DNA of 64,000 nt from contig NW_027192199.1 in the NCBI RefSeq assembly GCF_041956535.1, forward strand, positions 838,515 to 902,514, given 5' to 3'. The notes below the pieces were generated by a model, which searched no databases, was not told the origin of the DNA, and worked only from the letters and a program-made list of their open reading frames with translations. The translations under genes and the position numbers were made by a program. Position 1 is the first letter of the stretch; each line of letters opens with the position of its first letter. This document shows positions 61,211 through 64,000 of this stretch, one piece after another. The stretch is from Calcarisporiella thermophila CBS 279.70. Taxonomy: Eukaryota; Fungi; Calcarisporiellomycota.

Positions 61211-62490
61211 TTTTTTCGGATCAATAATGAGTCTTTATTGTATACAAAGACTCTAATGTACAATAATTACATTATTGAAAGTAATTAAATGAAAGGACGG
61301 CTAAATATAGAGGCGGTATTGTGGTTGGGGTAGTCGATGGTAACGATTTTCAGCTCAGATAGATAGGTAAGTAGTAAAACCCAACTAGCTATGGATATCA
61401 TATAGTGACTTGATAAGTGAGATGGAAGATGGAAGAGGAGGAAAAGAAGGAGTGGAAGTAGGGGCTACTGTGTCAATCCAGTTCTAGAACCGCACTATTA
61501 GCTCCTTAATCACTCCCAATTTGCACCACCTGCTTCGAAACTGTTCAATTTGCCGCTTTTTCGGGCTCTTATCAGATCGGCTCCTATAGCCTCCTCAAAG
61601 TCCAGTTTGGCCCGGTTGATGATGGTTGCGGATGATGCTGGCGTGTTTTCAAAATGAAAGGCAATACGATCCCGATGGATTTGCCACAATACCGAGTCGA
61701 AGATAATTTGCGCCACGTGCTTTGCTCTTCACGAGGATTCAGATAGGTTTCCCAATATAAGGTTGCGAGCACTCAGCACCTGAGAATCCAGGATGCCTGT
61801 GATGGTGACGATACACCTCTCTGCCCACTGCCACACTGGTGTAAGTTCAGGACACTCGAAAAAGATATGACGAATTGTCCCTCGAAGCGTTACAGCGGGT
61901 ACACTTTGGATCATGAACAGGGAATGTAGCGTTAGTGATAACTGGTTCTACAAGGATCCGCTAGCGTAGCGCACGGTGTTTTGGGAAGGTGGGTCGTTTG
62001 CGAACGGAGGTCCAGACTTTTCCCCAGTCTCTGGATGTTGATCCAACCTCGGGCCAGGATCGAGAAACCAGTGTATTCGGTTCTAGAAAGCCGTTGCACT
62101 GGGAGTGACGGTCTTGTCGAGCGGAGTATTCCGCTACGGGCTTACCGGCCAGGTGGCAATGATTGAGTGGGAAACGGGGGGGAGGTTGAGAAACCTGAGG
62201 TCCCACCCAAGAGAGCGGTCGCAGTATCGACGGTGCCACGCTCTCCTTAGCTTTTCAGTAGGGAGCATAGAGGATCTATGTTCCATTTCCGATTGTCTTC
62301 CACTATTTCTGTCAAATAATGCTTGTTTATGAAGTGATCTGCACTCGATTTTTCTGCCCCAGCGGACAAATGTTAGTATCTCGTTAAGTAGGTACGGCGG
62401 TGTTGGAGATTTTGGCTCCTCAATCTGTCGGATCCCGTCTCGATTTATGATTAAGGGTCATCTGTAGAGAGGTGGCGACAAGATCTCGGT
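61211..62490 (-). mobile_element. 5'-truncated L1/Tx1-like LINE with zf-RVT, 3' UTR and poly(A)
   Basis: WGKVW..RKRP, C..C..GTIRHIFFECP..VWQW, QIIFDSVLWQIHRDR; ends AATAAAGACTCATTATTGATCCG-A6. Confidence 0.8.
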
Positions 62491-62509
62491 TGCCTGGGCG
62501 GCCAGCCAC

Positions 62510-62805
62510 TTTTTTTGATCAAACAATGGAAGCTTTTTATTTAATTTCCATATATTACATGAAGTTAATGTCAATGGATTTAACATCACGAGATATAGGT
62601 CTTTGATTGAGAGTCGTGCAATCGATATGCGTGTAATTGATATGCGCGTAACGTTGTCGTCATGAATAGCATGTACGTGAAATCGATGTAATCTTTGTAC
62701 TTTTCGTAGGAGCGATCTTTTCAAAAATGAAGACTCAATTTTTGCTCAAGTGGACAGCAGCCACAAACTAGGAGTAAGTGCCGGCGGGGGAAGTGGGATT
62801 CGAAC
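62510..62805 (-). mobile_element. tRNA-derived SINE (family 1), copy truncated at the B box
   Basis: Reverse complement aligns continuously with 21711-21988; tgcctgggcg occurs on both sides (62491, 62806). Confidence 0.85.
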
Positions 62806-62815
62806 TGCCTGGGCG

Positions 62816-63429
62816 TTTTTTTTTTAACATAGGACCTTTATGGAAAAGTATCCTATCCTGTTAAAAAGGTAGGGTAGCTTCTACGTCAAAATCACCCAGG
62901 TAATGCTCCTGGCCTACCTTGCAGAATCTGGAAGATAGAAGGAAAAGAAAGAAAGAAAGAGAGAAAGAAAAAGATATAAGTGTAAAAGGAAGATAGAAAA
63001 GGTGGTGAGGAAAGAGCTAGGAAAGTATGGAAACAGAAATTAGCTTAATAAAGAAGGGGAAAGGAATAACTGTAAGAGGGAGGGATAAAAAGTTGTGTGT
63101 AATGGTATTAAGATAGGCTGCTTATGTACATGAAATAACGAAGAGAAGGGAAGGATTGAAAAAGTAAAAGAAGGAAGGGGAAAGGAGAAAAAAAAAGCAA
63201 AGGTAGGGGGAAGAATGATAGAGGAGATGGTATTAATATACAGCAGTGAAGGGTTGGGTGCAGTTTTCAAGCCGGAGTTGGAACTGGGATTTGATCTTCA
63301 GAGGTGTCCTGGATGAAAATCACAGAATCACCTATGATGTTCACCCAGTTGACCATTTATCGATGAAGTCTTTTTTCCGTTCCTGTTTCATTGCCATCCA
63401 CCACTTGGACTTTATTCCTCGCTGTAGTT
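62816..63429 (-). mobile_element. 5'-truncated LINE 3' fragment
   Basis: 63236-63430 is homologous to 60012-60211; pyrimidine-rich UTR; structured 3' motif; poly(A) 62825-62816. Confidence 0.75.
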
Positions 63430-63445
63430 CCCAACCTGGACGGTT

Positions 63446-63917
63446 TATTTTTTGAGATTTATGGATCTTTATTGAAAAGTATCCTTTTAAGGTAGTATAG
63501 TGCCTTGTCAGGAGAAATACATGTAAGTAGTGGTTGATCGTATGAATACCATCCTATTTTTCAAGGAAGGTATTATACAAGAGAGGAAAAGAATACAGAC
63601 AAATATAGAAAGAAAAAAAAAAGAAAAACTGGAATGCGGGTGGTAGGGTATTCGGCAAGGTCGTATTGGAGCTAAGTGTTTTGGTTGAAGGATATTTCGT
63701 CTCCTTGGACTTGTATCCAACTTCCCTTACACCAAAGCTCTTGGAAATCTTCTTTCTTATCCTTTATGGACGCAGACCACTATTTGGATCTCACGATTTT
63801 ATGCATTTCGTGACCTAGTTGTTCAGCGAGCGCTATTTCGCTTGGTTGGGCGTTATCCATTATTATCGATAATCTTGATCGATAGATGATCCAAATTGCT
63901 GCATCATGGACCGTTGA
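63446..63917 (-). mobile_element. 5'-truncated LINE 3' fragment, same family as 22086-22504
   Basis: Homologous to 22090-22330; flanked by cccaacctgg(a/g)cggt at 63430 and 63918 (TSD). Confidence 0.78.
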
Positions 63918-64000
63918 CCCAACCTGGGCGGTCAACCAAATGGAGAGTTCAACCTTACTATAGTATTTATATTATCATATAAAAATCGTTTCAAGTGAGT

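Noticed and set aside
60844-63940. CRISPR-like repeat-spacer array
   Set aside because: Spacing is irregular (0.3-1.3 kb), the intervening DNA is retroelement-derived, and no cas genes are present.

Overview
Eukaryotic, intron-containing fungal DNA. The gene set (CSL, DDA1, full-length LARP7, Rhizopus-type lipase, L1/Tx1-like LINEs) suggests an early-diverging, non-Dikarya fungus; this is inference. From left to right the window holds: a secreted Kex2-processed repeat precursor with N/Q-rich, curli-like peptides; a decayed 25S rDNA fragment; housekeeping and regulatory genes (fungal TF, LYR protein, CSL, lipase, serine hydrolase, small Frizzled-CRD-like secreted protein, Bud6, LARP7); tRNA-Thr(AGT) with a tRNA-derived SINE and a LINE 3' end directly upstream; an MFS transporter; and a bacterial-type SUKH protein. 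A ~19-kb block follows, bracketed by two convergent Gti1/Wor1 (WOPR) paralogs and containing a mitochondrial carrier, an MCT transporter, an O-methyltransferase, an A-T-TE quinone-synthetase-type NRPS-like gene and three GFA paralogs. The right end has a USP protein, tRNA-Thr(CGT) with retro-fragments upstream, DDA1, and a ~4.4-kb stack of co-oriented LINE/SINE 3' fragments separated by repeated copies of one target sequence. The three highlights are (1) an apparently tRNA-gene-targeted L1/SINE system with serial insertion at one site, (2) a terphenylquinone-type cluster with a GFA triplet and WOPR flanks, and (3) a candidate functional-amyloid peptide precursor. All calls are by eye; no database searches were run, and exon boundaries are approximate.
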